This document shows positions 1 through 12,179 of a stretch of DNA of 64,000 nucleotides, one piece after another. The translations under genes and the position numbers were made by a program. The first letter of the stretch is position 1, and each line of letters begins with the position of its first letter. Location: positions 69,316,001 to 69,380,000 of the forward strand of contig NC_043003.1 in assembly GCF_006345805.1 (NCBI RefSeq), read 5' to 3'. The DNA is from Octopus sinensis (lineage: Eukaryota). The notes beneath the pieces were generated by a model. The model was given only the letters and a program-made list of their open reading frames with translations, ran no database searches and had not been told where the DNA came from.

Positions 1-275
1 ATAGACACCCACCCAAACATACATACATACATACATACATACATACATACATACTACATACATACATACATACATACATATGGATGGATGTACAATAATA
101 ACAAAACTGAACATGTTTATTGAAAGGAAAAAATCACAGTGAATCCTAACAAGTTCCCAGTCCGTTACAAAACAAGGGTTTGGAGAAAAACAGACAAAGA
201 GGGGAGGTTTAATGAGTGACTGTGTGTGTGTGAGTGTATGCGTATATGTATGTGTGTAACAGAGCTGTAACAGAA

Positions 276-950
276 ATGGAATTCTTTAATTCACCGTTTC
301 TGGATTGTTCTGATGCTCTGTCGATAAATGCCATGATTGAAACCTTGGACAAAGACGTACAAGGAGACTTGGAACATTTCTTACAGACTTCGATACCTGA
401 AAATAATAATAATAATAATAATAAGATGGGCTTCGAGATGGATTTACGATCGGATCTTTGCATGTCGGATATGTTAACTGTCAATGGAGTGGAGCCGGTG
501 TTTAATAATATGATGACGACGATGGCCATGATAACAACTGGCATGATGGGGACGGCGATGACGGCGCCTGCTGTGTTGGGAACGACGTCGACGACGACGG
601 CTACGGCCGAAGCAACAACAACAACATCGATACCAACATCATCATCATCATCATCATCATCATTATCGTCATCGTTGTTATCGACAATAACAACAGTAGC
701 ATCGCTGTCTACGATACCAACAACAACAACCACCACCACCACCGCCACACCAACAATAGCAACGACATCAACAGATGCTGTACACGCTACAATAACAACA
801 GCAACAGTGACATCATCACCATCACCATCATCGTCATCGTCATCATCATCATCATCATCGTTATCATCATCATTATCATCATCATCATCATCATCGTTAT
901 TATTGTTATCGTCAGCAACACCGACATTAACAGTAGCGCCGACGACGACG

Positions 951-981
<31 letters not shown>

Positions 982-2121
982 ACCATCAGGCAACCAGCAA
1001 TGGACAAGGTGAGTCGTTAAGTTCTTTCTCGACTGTCGTTTACCGTGACAAGAGCCGGGCAGGGGCAGGAGGAGGAGGGGGAGAAGGTGGTGCTAGTGGT
1101 GGTGTTGGAGGAGGAGGAGGAGGAGGAGGTGAACTTTTTATGCTTAACAACATCACCAATAACAACAACAACAACACCGACACTATCGACAACACAGAAA
1201 TAGCAATTGCAACAACAACAACAGCAAGTGCCTCACAAACAAAAACAATTAGTAGTAGTGGTGGTGGTGTTGGTGGTGGTCATTTAATTGGCTGGGCCAA
1301 CGGTTTCAGAAGCAGCAGGCTGGGCGAGAACTGCACCAACTTCACAATCGTCGGAGGTTCTCAACGGGTGATCAGTGGACGAATGGTGGACAAAAGCAAC
1401 AACAACAACTATAACGATACCAGTAATAAACTTAATAATAATAATAATAATATTTTACTTAGCAATAACAACACTTATAATAATAATAATAATAATAATA
1501 ATAGTAATATTAACAACAGTCCGTCTATCAACGACAACAACAATAATAATAATAATACTAATAATAATGTTAATAGCAACAGAGATAATGTTAGTTGCTT
1601 CGGGAGGAGTATTATCAAAGCTGGGTCGAGAATTGTCCGTGCCGATCGGACATTAAGTCAGCAAAATTGCGATGTCCTTTGGTCACCCGGTTTATCGCGA
1701 TTGTCTGAAGTAACGGAATCGAGAGATTCTTCTTCTGTCAATGTTCAGGGGGTTTCTGGATCGAATTTAAATGGCAACAGTTTGAGTAGTCTGGCAGGAC
1801 ACAATCTCGGTAACTGTCGTGTGTTTATAGACCATCACCAGCCAAATACGCTTAATGTCGGTTCGAATCTAGTTATCAACTCGAAAACACGAAACTTGCC
1901 CTCGCAGGTCGGCCAGCCGAAGCAATGCACAGCTGTTCTTCTTGGGACGGTAGGACAGCTCTCCAAATCGGCGGTGACGGCTGCTGCTCTCCAGCAGTCC
2001 TTGCTTTCGGGTGCAAGTGGCAATAATTGCAGTAACACCCTGAATGCACTCAACTCGGTAACGGCGACACCGCTGTCGCAGGTTTTTGTATTACAAACTT
2101 TGGGTCAGGAACAGCAACAAA

Positions 2122-2152
<31 letters not shown>

Positions 2153-2950
2153 ACAACAACAACAACAGAAAGAACAACAACGACAGCAGCAGCAGCAACA
2201 ACAACAACAACAACAACAAGCACTGCACTTGCATAACAGCATAAATCTAAGGGACAATGTGCCGTTGCAGTTTTATCAAAGTTCTGTTGAGTCAGGAAAC
2301 TACGTCCAAACCCAGCTGCAACAGCAGCAGCAGCAACAACAACAACAACAACAACAACATCAGCAACAACAACATCAGCAACAACAACATATTCAAGCGC
2401 AATTACTTCTACAACAACAACAACAACAGCAACAACAGCAACAACAAGAAAGACTTCAACAACAAAACCAACAACATCTACAATTATTACAACACCACCA
2501 CCACCAACAACAACAACAACAACAACAACAACAGCAGCAACAACAGTTATTACATCAACAACTTCTGCAACAACAACAACAACAACAACATCAACTACAA
2601 CAACAGCAGCAGCAGCAACAACAGCAGCAGCAGCAACACCAACATCAACAGCAGCAGCAGCAGCAGCAACAACATGTGTACGCTGAGAACAGAGACAATT
2701 GTCCAACGATGTTTGGAATAAATGGTAAACCACGTCTTGTGGTGAAACCATTAGAGACCCGAGTCCAACACCAGACTGTTGATACATCAGTGCTGGATCT
2801 ATGTGATGCCATGGCAGTGTCGCCAGACATGCCAGTCACCGCCAAATGCTACCCTAAACCTGTATATTCCTATAGCTGTCTCATAGCGATGGCTTTGAAA
2901 AATAGCAAAACTGGGAGTTTACCGGTCAGTGAGATTTACAACTTCATGAC
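276..2950 (+). CDS. FoxN1/4: FoxN1/4-type forkhead transcription factor, large first visible coding exon (poly-T/S/A/G/N/Q N-terminus plus start of forkhead domain)
   Basis: Open frame 234..2954 ends [34 protein letters not shown], the FoxN1/N4 forkhead start. Donor AC|GTAAGT at 2950/2951 (phase 2). The ATG at 276 is only a candidate start; CAG acceptors ending at 262 and 273 allow an upstream exon outside the window. Confidence 0.9.
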
Positions 2951-2999
2951 GTAAGTAAACATTATTATTTTTTTTTTTTTTTGTCGTTGTCGTTGTTAT

Positions 3000-3329
3000 T
3001 TTATGTTTGACTTTTGCTTTGCATTTGTACAAGTTGGCTCCAAGTTTCACCCAGAGACTTCAAGAGACAACAAGTTAGAAGTTCATGTTCGTGTTATGCC
3101 TAGGGTGCCATACATTTGGTTTTATACATAGTGTTGGTTTTATACATAGTGTTGTTCTAGAGAATGTTTAAGAAACTATAAGAAAATTATGTTTGTTTTA
3201 AAATTTGAGATTACATAGAGAGTATTTTACGTAGGATGTGGGCAGTTCCCATGAGCACTATCTTTTGAGTTTCTTCCATTTTGGGGTTTCCTGGTATCTG
3301 AGCTAGGTAGCAATTAGCCGCTTTTGCTA
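3000..3329 (-). mobile_element. Dong/R4-like non-LTR retrotransposon 3' fragment, copy 1
   Basis: Near-identical to 7330-7636 and 7830-8135; followed by (ATT)n/(GAT)n. Confidence 0.75.
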
Positions 3330-3337
3330 AATTATTA

Positions 3338-3420
<83 letters not shown>

Positions 3421-3948
3421 ATTATTATTATTATTATTAATTATTATATATAGTAATTCTATTGTAAATTAACAAATATCATCAATGTTTTTTGTTAGAA
3501 GATTCTTTGCTCTAAGAACAAGTATCTGTAGTTGTAGAGATCTGCCTTTGCAGAAGCCACCTTGTTTTAAAATGGGATCAATATTAGGGGAAAATTCTAT
3601 TAAAGGGTGTAAGTTTCTAGACTTTTGAGACTGAAGGCGAAGACAACCTTTCTTTGGAAATGAACCAAAGAATCTGAGAAGGCTGCTAGTTTAAACATCA
3701 TTATAACACAAGCGCAGCAAATGTGATGCAGTGGATTCTTCTTAACTCTTCCAGGGATGTTATCTAGGCCTGGTGTTTTGTTTCTTTAAGAATTTTTGAA
3801 GTTCTATGGAAAATAAGCCAGTCTGAATTGGCAGGCTCTCTGCTATCTTGTAGTTGAAGAAAACGAAAAGTCAAGCTTGGTGTTAGGTAGCTCTGTTTTA
3901 CCAAGAAGCAATGTAAAATGCTGAAAAGAGGCATCTAAATGCTGACCA

Positions 3949-4230
3949 GTGGATTTCTCAAAGACATTTGATAGTGTCAACAGAAAGACCATATTATACA
4001 TGTTGAATTATGGTATCCCACATGGGTTTGACAAAGCCAACATCATCATAGATAACCTGTCAAGCTCTCTACAAAACACAGTCCAACTAAAGAGTTTACA
4101 ACAAGAGGAATCCTTTAGGAGGCATATTAGATCCTTTTCTCTCTGTGATTGTAGAGGACTACATCCTTAGGCAAAGTCTTGACCCTATCCAAGACTAAGA
4201 CTTTACTACCAAGCAGAAGACATCAGCAGG
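3949..4230 (+). pseudogene. Degenerate reverse-transcriptase fragment of an older LINE
   Basis: VDFSKTFDSVNRKTILYMLNYGIP resembles the RT motif (V/I)DF.KAFDSV; frame disrupted downstream. Confidence 0.55.
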
Positions 4231-4377
4231 ATGTGTATCTCTCTGACTTTGGCTGCCATATTTTCCAACACGTCAATGTAGTATTAAAGTAGACACATTT
4301 AAACAGTTATTATCTTTCCAAATCCTGTTGTATTCCACGTGGTGTTTTTGCTTCTCCAATGTCATTTTGGTGTATAC

Positions 4378-7272
4378 GCGCTCACGGGGGCAATCATCAA
4401 CAACAACTGGTGGTTTGCCCTCAAGAGAGCAATTAGAGTAGAGTCGATTAGGTATAGTAAGACTCTAGCTATTGAACGTAGGAAGAGAGAGCGGGATTTA
4501 GTTAAGAAACTAGACGAGGCTCTTGACACTGGCATCGCGACCGACGTGTTGGCGGCAAGGTTGGCCCTCGACCAACACTTCGACGCCAAACACGAAGGCT
4601 GCGTTGTCAGAGCTAAGGCACGTTCGCTAAGCGGGGAGGGGACTAGAGCCGCTCGATGGGCCCGCGTGGCGGAGGCGAAGCGAGGCAACAGAGCAACCAT
4701 TCGGTCTTTGGTGGACCAGAACGGACGCGAGGTTACCCAACCGAAGCAGATGTGTACGGTGCTTCAGCGGCACTTTGCTCAACTGTTTGGGACGAGCGGT
4801 GGAACGGACACCAACGGTACAGACTTCGGTGTGTACCTGGACGGACTGCCGCAACTCTCGGACAGCGAGGCAGAGTGCTGCGAAGGACCGATATCTGCCT
4901 GGGAAGTACAGGAAGCGATGAAGAGTTGCACGAGAGGTAGATCGCCGGGTTTGGATGGTCTGCCCTACGAGCTTTACTTTTCAATGCCAGACTTGTTTGC
5001 GGACCTGTTGGCAAACGTCTACTGCAACTGGCAGCAAAACGGGAGAATTCCTGCTTTTGTCTGTCGAGGGGTGGTGGCTTTGCTAAAGAAGGACCCAAAC
5101 AAGGGGGACGTTATAGGGAATTTCCGGCCATCACTCTGCTCAATGCAGAGTTGAAGATTTTGGCCAAGGTGCTAGCCAAGAGATTGGCGCTCGTCGTGGA
5201 CAAGCTGGTCGGCGGGACGCAGACATGCGCCGTGCCGACCAGGTCGATACACGACAACCTCCATCTCATGCGCTACATCATAGAGAGGGTGGGTAACGAC
5301 GCTGGCGCGGGTGGGGCTTTGATCAACTTGGATCAGAGTAAAGCCTTCGATAGGGTCGACCATCGGTACCTGGCAGCTGTCCTCAAGGCAGCCGGCTTCG
5401 GTCCAGTCTTCCGCGGGTGGATCGCTGCTTTATACAGCAACATCTGCTCGGTGATACGGGTGAACGGTCACCTTTCGGAACCGTTCGACATCTCGCGTTC
5501 GGTCCGCCAAGGATGCCCTCTCTCCTCCCTCTTGTACATTTTGACTCTCGAGCCATTACTGCGCAAGTTGGAGGCTTTGAGGGGCATCCCGCGCGATCTA
5601 GGAGGCGGAAACAGCGTGTCTGCTTATGCCGACGACGTCACCGTGGTGGTGTCGAGCCACAGGCACATTGGCCTGATTGGCGAGACGCTAAACCAGTACG
5701 AAGCGGTGACAGGGGCAAAGATTAACGCGGAAAAGTCTGTGGGCTTGCAACTGGGCACCTGGAGAGGCAAGCCCATGCCGTCCAACAGCGTCGTAGGGCG
5801 CTGGACAGACGGACCCGTTAAACTGCTCGGGGTCTGGTTCGGTCCGGACCTCCAGGTGGATAAGAACTGGGAAGAGGTGACGAGCAGGGTGGCACGTCTC
5901 ACCCAGAAATGGGCCGAGAGGAAGCTGTCCCTGAAAGGTCGAGCGGAGGTGGCGAATGCGTACATCGCATCCGTCATCTATTACCGCTTGACCGTCGTCC
6001 CTTGTCCCGACCGCTGGTTGGCCAAGCTGGTACGCCTGCTCTTCGACTTTTTGTGGAAGGGTCAGGTGCCACTGGTCAGGCGATCCATCTGCTGTCAACG
6101 ACCGCTGAACGGAGGCCTTGGAATGCCGTGGTTGCTGTTGCGCAGACATGCGCTCAGGCTGCGGCATCTCAAGCGCTTCCTAGACGGTGAACAGGTGTGG
6201 TCGTCTTTTGTCAGACGCGATTTTCCGCAGCTCGTCTCTTTGACGGAGCTGCAGACCTGGATCAAACGTAGACCGAGAAAGGGCGCTTGGCACCTCGAGT
6301 GCCGTCAAGCCCTCTCCGCCCTCCACCAGGCGGGCAATGCGGTCGGTTACAGCTCCACTCTAGCGTTCTATAGAGGGTTAGTGGAGGAAAAATGCGACGA
6401 CGTTCTCGGGGAAACTCTAGGCGTTGAAGACGACGAACTGAGCGGTCTGTTCGGGAGGACTTTCGGGCCGGGGCCGATGGATAATTTCCAGAGGTCTCTC
6501 GCCTGGCAGTGCTACCGAGGGGCTCTGCCTGTTCGAGATAAACTCTACCGGCACGGAAGTGCCGTCAGCCGGGCCTGCCCGAGGTGTTGCCAGGACGACG
6601 AAACCGTTCTGCACGCACTCGTCCAGTGCCCGAGTATTGCTGAAATATGGGTTTATGTCGAACAGCTACTGTCACGTGTAGGACGGATCCGACTATCGGC
6701 CGAATCCATAGTGAAGATTGCCCCGCCGACCTCCTTTAACAAGGAGGGCGAGGCCGTTTTCTTGTGCCTAGTGGCTGTGGCGAAAGAGGTCGTGTGGTGG
6801 ACTCGTTTGAAAGGGCTAAAGTCAGACACTTTCCTCTTTGGTCAAGGCCTCATCAACTTTTTCAAGTTTCACTTGAAAAGGAAAATGAGGTTAGAGAGGA
6901 AAGTGCTGTCCGATAGCAAGTTTTATGAAAGGTGGGTGAATTGTGCGAGACTGGCCTGTATAAATGGACCAGTTCTCAGGTTTCGCCTGTGATTTCAAAG
7001 AAAAAGGTAATGTAAAAGGAGAAGAAAGGGGACTCTCTACACCCCCTTTTTTGACCAGGCTCCCGTTGGCTTTTGTAGGGTTTTTTCCACCAGGAACCTT
7101 TCGAGACGTCTCCCCCTTTTGGGAGTTTTTCATTGTTGAATTTTATAAGTTGTTATAAAGATTTTTACTCGATGTTTTTAAAAAAAAACGGCAAAACCCT
7201 TTGTAACCTTTCGTCCTGTCTTGTCCCTTTATGTAATCATGCGTGTCAGCCCTTGTGGCCAATAAAAAAGAA
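4378..7272 (+). mobile_element. Tx1/L1-clade non-LTR retrotransposon, 5'-truncated ORF2 (RT plus C-terminal zinc finger) and 3' UTR
   Basis: ORFs 4339-5154 and 5151-6992 join across a 1-bp frameshift near 5128 (FRPITLLNAELKILAK). Motifs SPGLDGLP, LDQSKAFDRVDH, VRQGCPLS, YADD and CPRC...ETVLHALVQC. GC/CpG-rich. AATAAA at 7261 runs into (ATT)n. No endonuclease domain or ORF1. Confidence 0.93.
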
Positions 7273-7288
7273 TTGATTATTATTATTA

Positions 7289-7329
<41 letters not shown>

Positions 7330-7330
<1 letters not shown>

Positions 7331-7636
7331 TGTGTTTGACTTTTGCATTTTTACAAGTTGGCTCCAATTCTCACCCAGAGACTTCAAGAGACAAAAAGTT
7401 AGAAGTTCATGTTCGTGTTATGCCTAGGGTGCCATACATTTGGTTTTATACATAGTGTTGTTCTAGAGAATGTTTAAGAAACTATAAGAAAATTATGTTT
7501 GTTTTAAAATTTGAGATTACATAGAAAGTATTTTACGTAGGATGTGGGCAGTTCCCATGAGCACTATCTTTTGAGTTTCTGCCATTTTGGGGTTTCCTGG
7601 TATCTGAGCTAGGTAGCAATCAGCCGCTTTTGCTAA
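7330..7636 (-). mobile_element. Dong/R4-like 3' fragment, copy 2
   Basis: Same sequence and same truncation point (GCTTTTGCTA) as copy 1; embedded in (ATT)n on both sides. Confidence 0.75.
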
Positions 7637-7668
7637 ATTATTATTATTATTATTATTATTATCATCAT

Positions 7669-7701
<33 letters not shown>

Positions 7702-7790
7702 TATCATTATTATTATTATTATTATATTATTATTATTATTATTATAATTATATTATTATTATTATTATTATTATATTATTATTATTATTA

Positions 7791-7829
<39 letters not shown>

Positions 7830-7830
<1 letters not shown>

Positions 7831-8390
7831 TTATGTTTGACTTTTGCATTTGTACAAGTTGGCTCCAATTCTCACCCAGAGACTTCAAGAGACAAAAAGT
7901 TAGAAGTTCATGTTCGTGTTATGCCTAGGATGCCATACATTTGGTTTTGTACATAGCGTTGTTCTAGAGAATGTTTAAGAAACTATAAGAAAATTGTTGG
8001 TTTTAAAATTTGAGATCACATAGTAAGTATTTTGCGTAGGATATGAGCAGTTCCCATGAGCACTATCTTTTGAATTTCTGCCATTTTGGGGTTTCCTGGT
8101 ATCTGAGCTAGGTTGCAATCAGCCGCTTTTGCTATCATTCCCAGGGCACCTATGGCAACGGGTATTGTTTTAGTCTTTAGGTTCCACATTTTGCTTATTT
8201 CTGTTTCAAGATCTTTATATTTGCTCAGTTTTTGGTAGGTCTTGACAAATACGTTTATATCGATTGGGACAGTCATATCAATGAGGAGGCATGATTTTTG
8301 TCTGAAGACTTTCAATATGATGTCTGGCCTATTTGCATCTATCTTTCTGTCAGTTTGAATGGCGAGGTTCCAGAGGAGTGAGATGTTATC
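7830..8390 (-). mobile_element. Dong/R4-like 3' fragment with restriction-like endonuclease coding region, copy 3
   Basis: Minus-strand ORF 8016-8315 CLLIDMTVP...KLSKYKDLETEISKMW...IPVAIGALG, preceded by NRPDII, matches the PD-(D/E)xK endonuclease C-terminus. Flanked by TAA-type repeats. Confidence 0.8.
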
Positions 8391-8502
8391 ATTATTATTA
8401 TTGTTGTTGTTGTTGTTGTTGTTGTTGTATTGTTGTTATTGTTGTTGTTATTATTATTATCATCATCATCATCATCATTATTATTATTCAATAGTTCTTT
8501 TT

Positions 8503-8683
8503 CAGTTTTATATTTAAGAGATGAGTAATTATGTACATTATTTACATTATTTACATTTGACGGATATTTGTCTTCATCTTGTTTGTTGTTAACACAACGT
8601 TTCGGCTGATATACCCTCCTGCCTTCATCAGGTATCTTGGGGAAATTTCGAACTTGGGTTCTCGTTCCTAAGGTATTTTTCGA

Positions 8684-8717
<34 letters not shown>

Positions 8718-8836
8718 ATTCAGGTCACTGCCTGGAATCGAACTCGGAATCTTGGAGTTAGTAACCCGTGCTCTTAGCCACTACGCCATACGCTACTAAC
8801 CCCCAGATTCTGAATTCGATTCCAGGCAGTGACCTA

Positions 8837-8885
<49 letters not shown>

Positions 8886-9030
8886 GTAACATAGAAAAAA
8901 ATACCTTAGGAATGAGAACCCAGGTTCGAAATTTCCCCCAAGACACCTGATGAAGGCTGGAGGATATATCAGCCGAAACGTTGTGTTAACAACAAACAAG
9001 ATGGGGACAAAAAATCCGTCAAATGTAAAT
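8503..9030. mobile_element. tRNA-head/hammerhead retroelement, inverted double copy
   Basis: Minus-strand full unit 8503-8790 abuts plus-strand partial unit 8793-9030. Hammerhead motifs at 8591-8636(-) and 8942-8987(+). Imperfect TSD ATAGTTCTTTTT / AAAGTCCTTTTT. Confidence 0.8.
8942..8987 (+). ncRNA. Minimal type I hammerhead ribozyme motif
   Basis: GACAC-CTGATGA-A-GGCTG(loop)CAGCC-GAAA-CG-TT-GTGTT: stem I, conserved core, stem II, palindromic ACGT stem III and a GUU cleavage triplet. Confidence 0.78.
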
Positions 9031-9370
9031 AAAGTCCTTTTTATTGCGTGCTTTTTCACTGCAATACTGATCGCAATTCTGTGGACCCTGTTTACGTGTG
9101 GTTTGTGTTGTTGTTGTTGTTATTTTTCCTGTATTACAAATGCTCTGCGTAAACCATGTGACGTACCTAGCACTTCTATTTTCTGTATATTATGCATTTA
9201 TTCGTAAACCCTGGAGTTCAGCTTATGTATTTGTCCGTATGTTCTTCCACCACACCCAAAGCACTTATTATTGCCTTGTTTATGTTTTCAGGCTCCGCAT
9301 TCGCGTTATCTTTCTTTCCAGATCTTTGCATGTTGATAGTTTTTGTATTTTATTCCCAGCATATAGGTGT

Positions 9371-9559
9371 AGGAGTGGCTGTGTGGTAAGTAGCTTGCTT
9401 ACGAACTGCATGGTTCCGGGTTCAGTCCCACTGTGTGGCACCTTGAGCAAGTGTCTTCTACTATAGCCTTGGGCCGACCAAAGCCTTGCGAGTGAATTTG
9501 GTAGACGGAAACTGAAAGAAGCCTGTCATATATATATATATATATTATATATATATATA

Positions 9560-9611
<52 letters not shown>

Positions 9612-9826
9612 TTGTGTGTCTGTGTTTGTCCCCCCCCCAACATCGCTTGACAACCGACGTTGATGTGTTTACGTCCCCGTAACCTAGCGGTTCGGCAAAA
9701 GACACCGATAGAATAAGTACTAGGCTTACAAAGAATAAGTCCTGGGTACGATTTGTTCGACTAAAGGCGGTGCTCCAGCATGGCCACATTCAAATGACTG
9801 AAACAAGTAAAAGAGTTAAGAGTAAA
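9371..9826 (+). mobile_element. tRNA-derived CORE-type SINE with internal (TA)n(TG)n, full length
   Basis: A/B-box head, CORE-like CACCTTGAGCAAGTG, tail GCTCCAGCATGGCC...GAAACAAGTAAAAGAG. Further copies near 26180, 26930, 27690, 30080, 39495, 40145, 41790, 41990, 43030, 57425 and 59115. Confidence 0.8.
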
Positions 9827-10012
9827 GAGCTTTTTACGCTCTGAGTTCAAATGCCGCCGAGGTTAACATTGCCCCTCATCGTTTTCTGGGTCGTTAAAAT
9901 AACTACCAGTTTTAGTACTAGGATTGGCATAATTGACTCACCCGCTCCCTAAAAATTGTAGGCCATCTGCCTTATATTAAAATGAATTTTTGTTATTACT
10001 GTGGTCTCTCTA

Positions 10013-10413
10013 GAGGCAGCGAGCTGGCAGAATCGTTAGCACGCTGGACGAAATGCTTAGCGGTATTTCGCCTGTCGCTACGTTCTGAGTTCAAATTCCG
10101 CCGAGGTCGACTTTGCCTTTCATCCTTTCGGGGTCGATTAAATAAGTACCAGTTACTCACTGTGGTCGATATAATCGACTTAATCCGTTTGTCTGTCCTT
10201 GTTTGTCCTCTCTGTGTTTAGCCCTTTGTGGGTAGTAAAGAAATAGGAATTTCGCCTGTCGCTACGTTCTGAGTTCGAATTCCGCCGAGATCGACTTTGT
10301 GTTTCATCCTTTTGGGGTCGATAAATTAAGTACCAGTGAAACACTGGGGTCGATGTAATCGACCAGTCCCTCCCCCACATGTCAGGCCTTGTGCCTACAG
10401 TAGAAAGGGTCAT
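10013..10413 (+). mobile_element. tRNA-derived Nin/Deu-domain-like SINE, dimeric
   Basis: GGTCGACTTTGCCTTTCATCCTTTCGGGGTCGAT...AAGTACCAG domain present twice. TSD TGTGGTCTCTCTA at 10000-10012 and 10414-10426. Monomers near 16948, 17545, 17770, 28285, 29755, 32597, 33567, 41484, 54430 and 58185-58750. Confidence 0.8.
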
Positions 10414-11586
10414 TGTGGTCTCTCTAAATGAATATGTGAAATAGTGGGTAACTATGAAAAACAAGGGGTTCAGGGCGATTAGACCTTCTTTAGGTATGCC
10501 CTGTAGATTGGAGAACAACTGCTGAGTGAAGGCTTATGTCTTTGGCGGTCAGGATAATTCTGCGTGCGTTGGGTTCCTTGAGTGACCCTGAGTTGGAGGT
10601 TCCCTGCATCAGAAGGACTGCATTTATGTGTCCACGTATTTTATATGCTAAGTATTCTTTTATCTCGAGTCCCCTTACCCTCCCTTTCTTCCCGTCATGT
10701 TTAACGTAAACCCAAACACAAACTGTAAACTGTTCTTTCAATGTTCCCTTCTTCTAATGCCTCTGAGGAAAATAAAAGAACAGATTATTATCAGTAGTAG
10801 TAGTAGTAGTAGTAGTAGTAAAAGCAGCAGCAGCAGCAGAAGTCCATGTGACAAACGTGACGACAAAGAGTAAAAACAGTTCCTCAGCCAAACTGCCGTC
10901 AACTTTTTCAAGTCACTCTTGGAGATGAAAGTGAAAGTGAAGAGAAAGGTTTTGCCCGCCAATAAATTTGTTGAAAGACGAAAGAGAGCTGCGAATTCTG
11001 AATGCTCCAGTAGAGTCGGTGAACATAACCGTGAAAGGGGAGCACTTTCCTTGACAGAAGGGCAGTCTGGGACCTACGCTTTTTCTCCAATAACTTCGTT
11101 AAAAAGTGGGTTGACAAACTTAATATGGCTCGAGTGAATGAAGTTACACTGAGCATGTCCTTTTGGTCAGCAGGCAGTGAACTGGGAAAAGGAACTTGTC
11201 CTTGGCTGTCAGCGTAACTCTGCAGTGTTGGGATTCTTTGTTGTGTCTTTGTGAAGTTTTGTCGAATAGCTGTTGTCGCATATAGGACGGATCTCGAGGA
11301 TAATGCCGAGTCTGACGTGAACAGAACTGAACACTCTTTGTAGTAAGGAAGATTTATATCTGTCAAGTTCCATAATCTCGTGCCGTGGGGTGATTCTTGT
11401 CTCAGGGTGTGTCACTGTGCCCAATCCACTTCTCTAGTATAAGGAGAACCATACAAATTCAACTTCGTTACGACTTGATGTTCGTTTCTGAATGTATATT
11501 CATCAGCCATCAGCCAAGAACTCCCCGTGTCCAGGGGTCGATTTGCCAAGAATCTCCAGTTCACCCTGTGTTGTGTTGCATGCATA

Positions 11587-11864
11587 CTGTTGCTGCTTCG
11601 TGTAGAAATCTAGTCAAGCGGGGTCACAGTCACCACTGAGATAACAAAGACGAACAATGGTTTAAACTTTTTGGAGCCATTTATTTTCTACTCGTACGTA
11701 ACATCATGCTGTTGTACCGCGTTTATATACAAATGTATGGCAAGTGTACGCCTGCACGATGTTACGTAAGAGTAGAAAATAAATGGTTCCAAAATATTTA
11801 AGCCATTGTTCGGCTTTGTGATCACAGTGGTGGTTGTGATTCTGCTTGCACGAAGCAGCAACAG
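11587..11864. mobile_element. Palindromic MITE (Tc1/mariner-type, TA-flanked)
   Basis: TA-CTGTTGCTGCTTCGTG...CACGAAGCAGCAACAG-TA with long imperfect inverted arms. Confidence 0.75.
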
Positions 11865-12179
11865 TAGAAAAAACTTTGTCGGCTCATCATTCTAGAAACA
11901 GCAGAATATTGGTCACATTGATACAACGCAACGTTCGCAGTAACATGAAATAACCATTGAAGAAGAACATCCAGGGATGGCAGCGGGTTTTCTGAGATAT
12001 AGACGGACACAAAAGGGACAACCCCACCATTTTTCTGAAAACAAAACAACCTCGATTCCAGATACAAACCGGAAATGACTCACTTCCGACAAGTTGTGAA
12101 AACTAACGCTAAATAGTTATCGTTGGAGATAACACAAACATTTACCGAGGCTCTTGTTTCCATTCCATGTTTTTATGTC

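Noticed and set aside
209-2845. Antisense and alternate-frame ORFs over FoxN exon 1 (poly-V, poly-N, etc.)
   Set aside because: By-products of trinucleotide repeats in the real coding frame.
5120-5155. Programmed frameshift between the two LINE ORFs
   Set aside because: No slippery heptamer; a single missing C within the conserved RPITLLN motif explains it as mutation or sequencing error.
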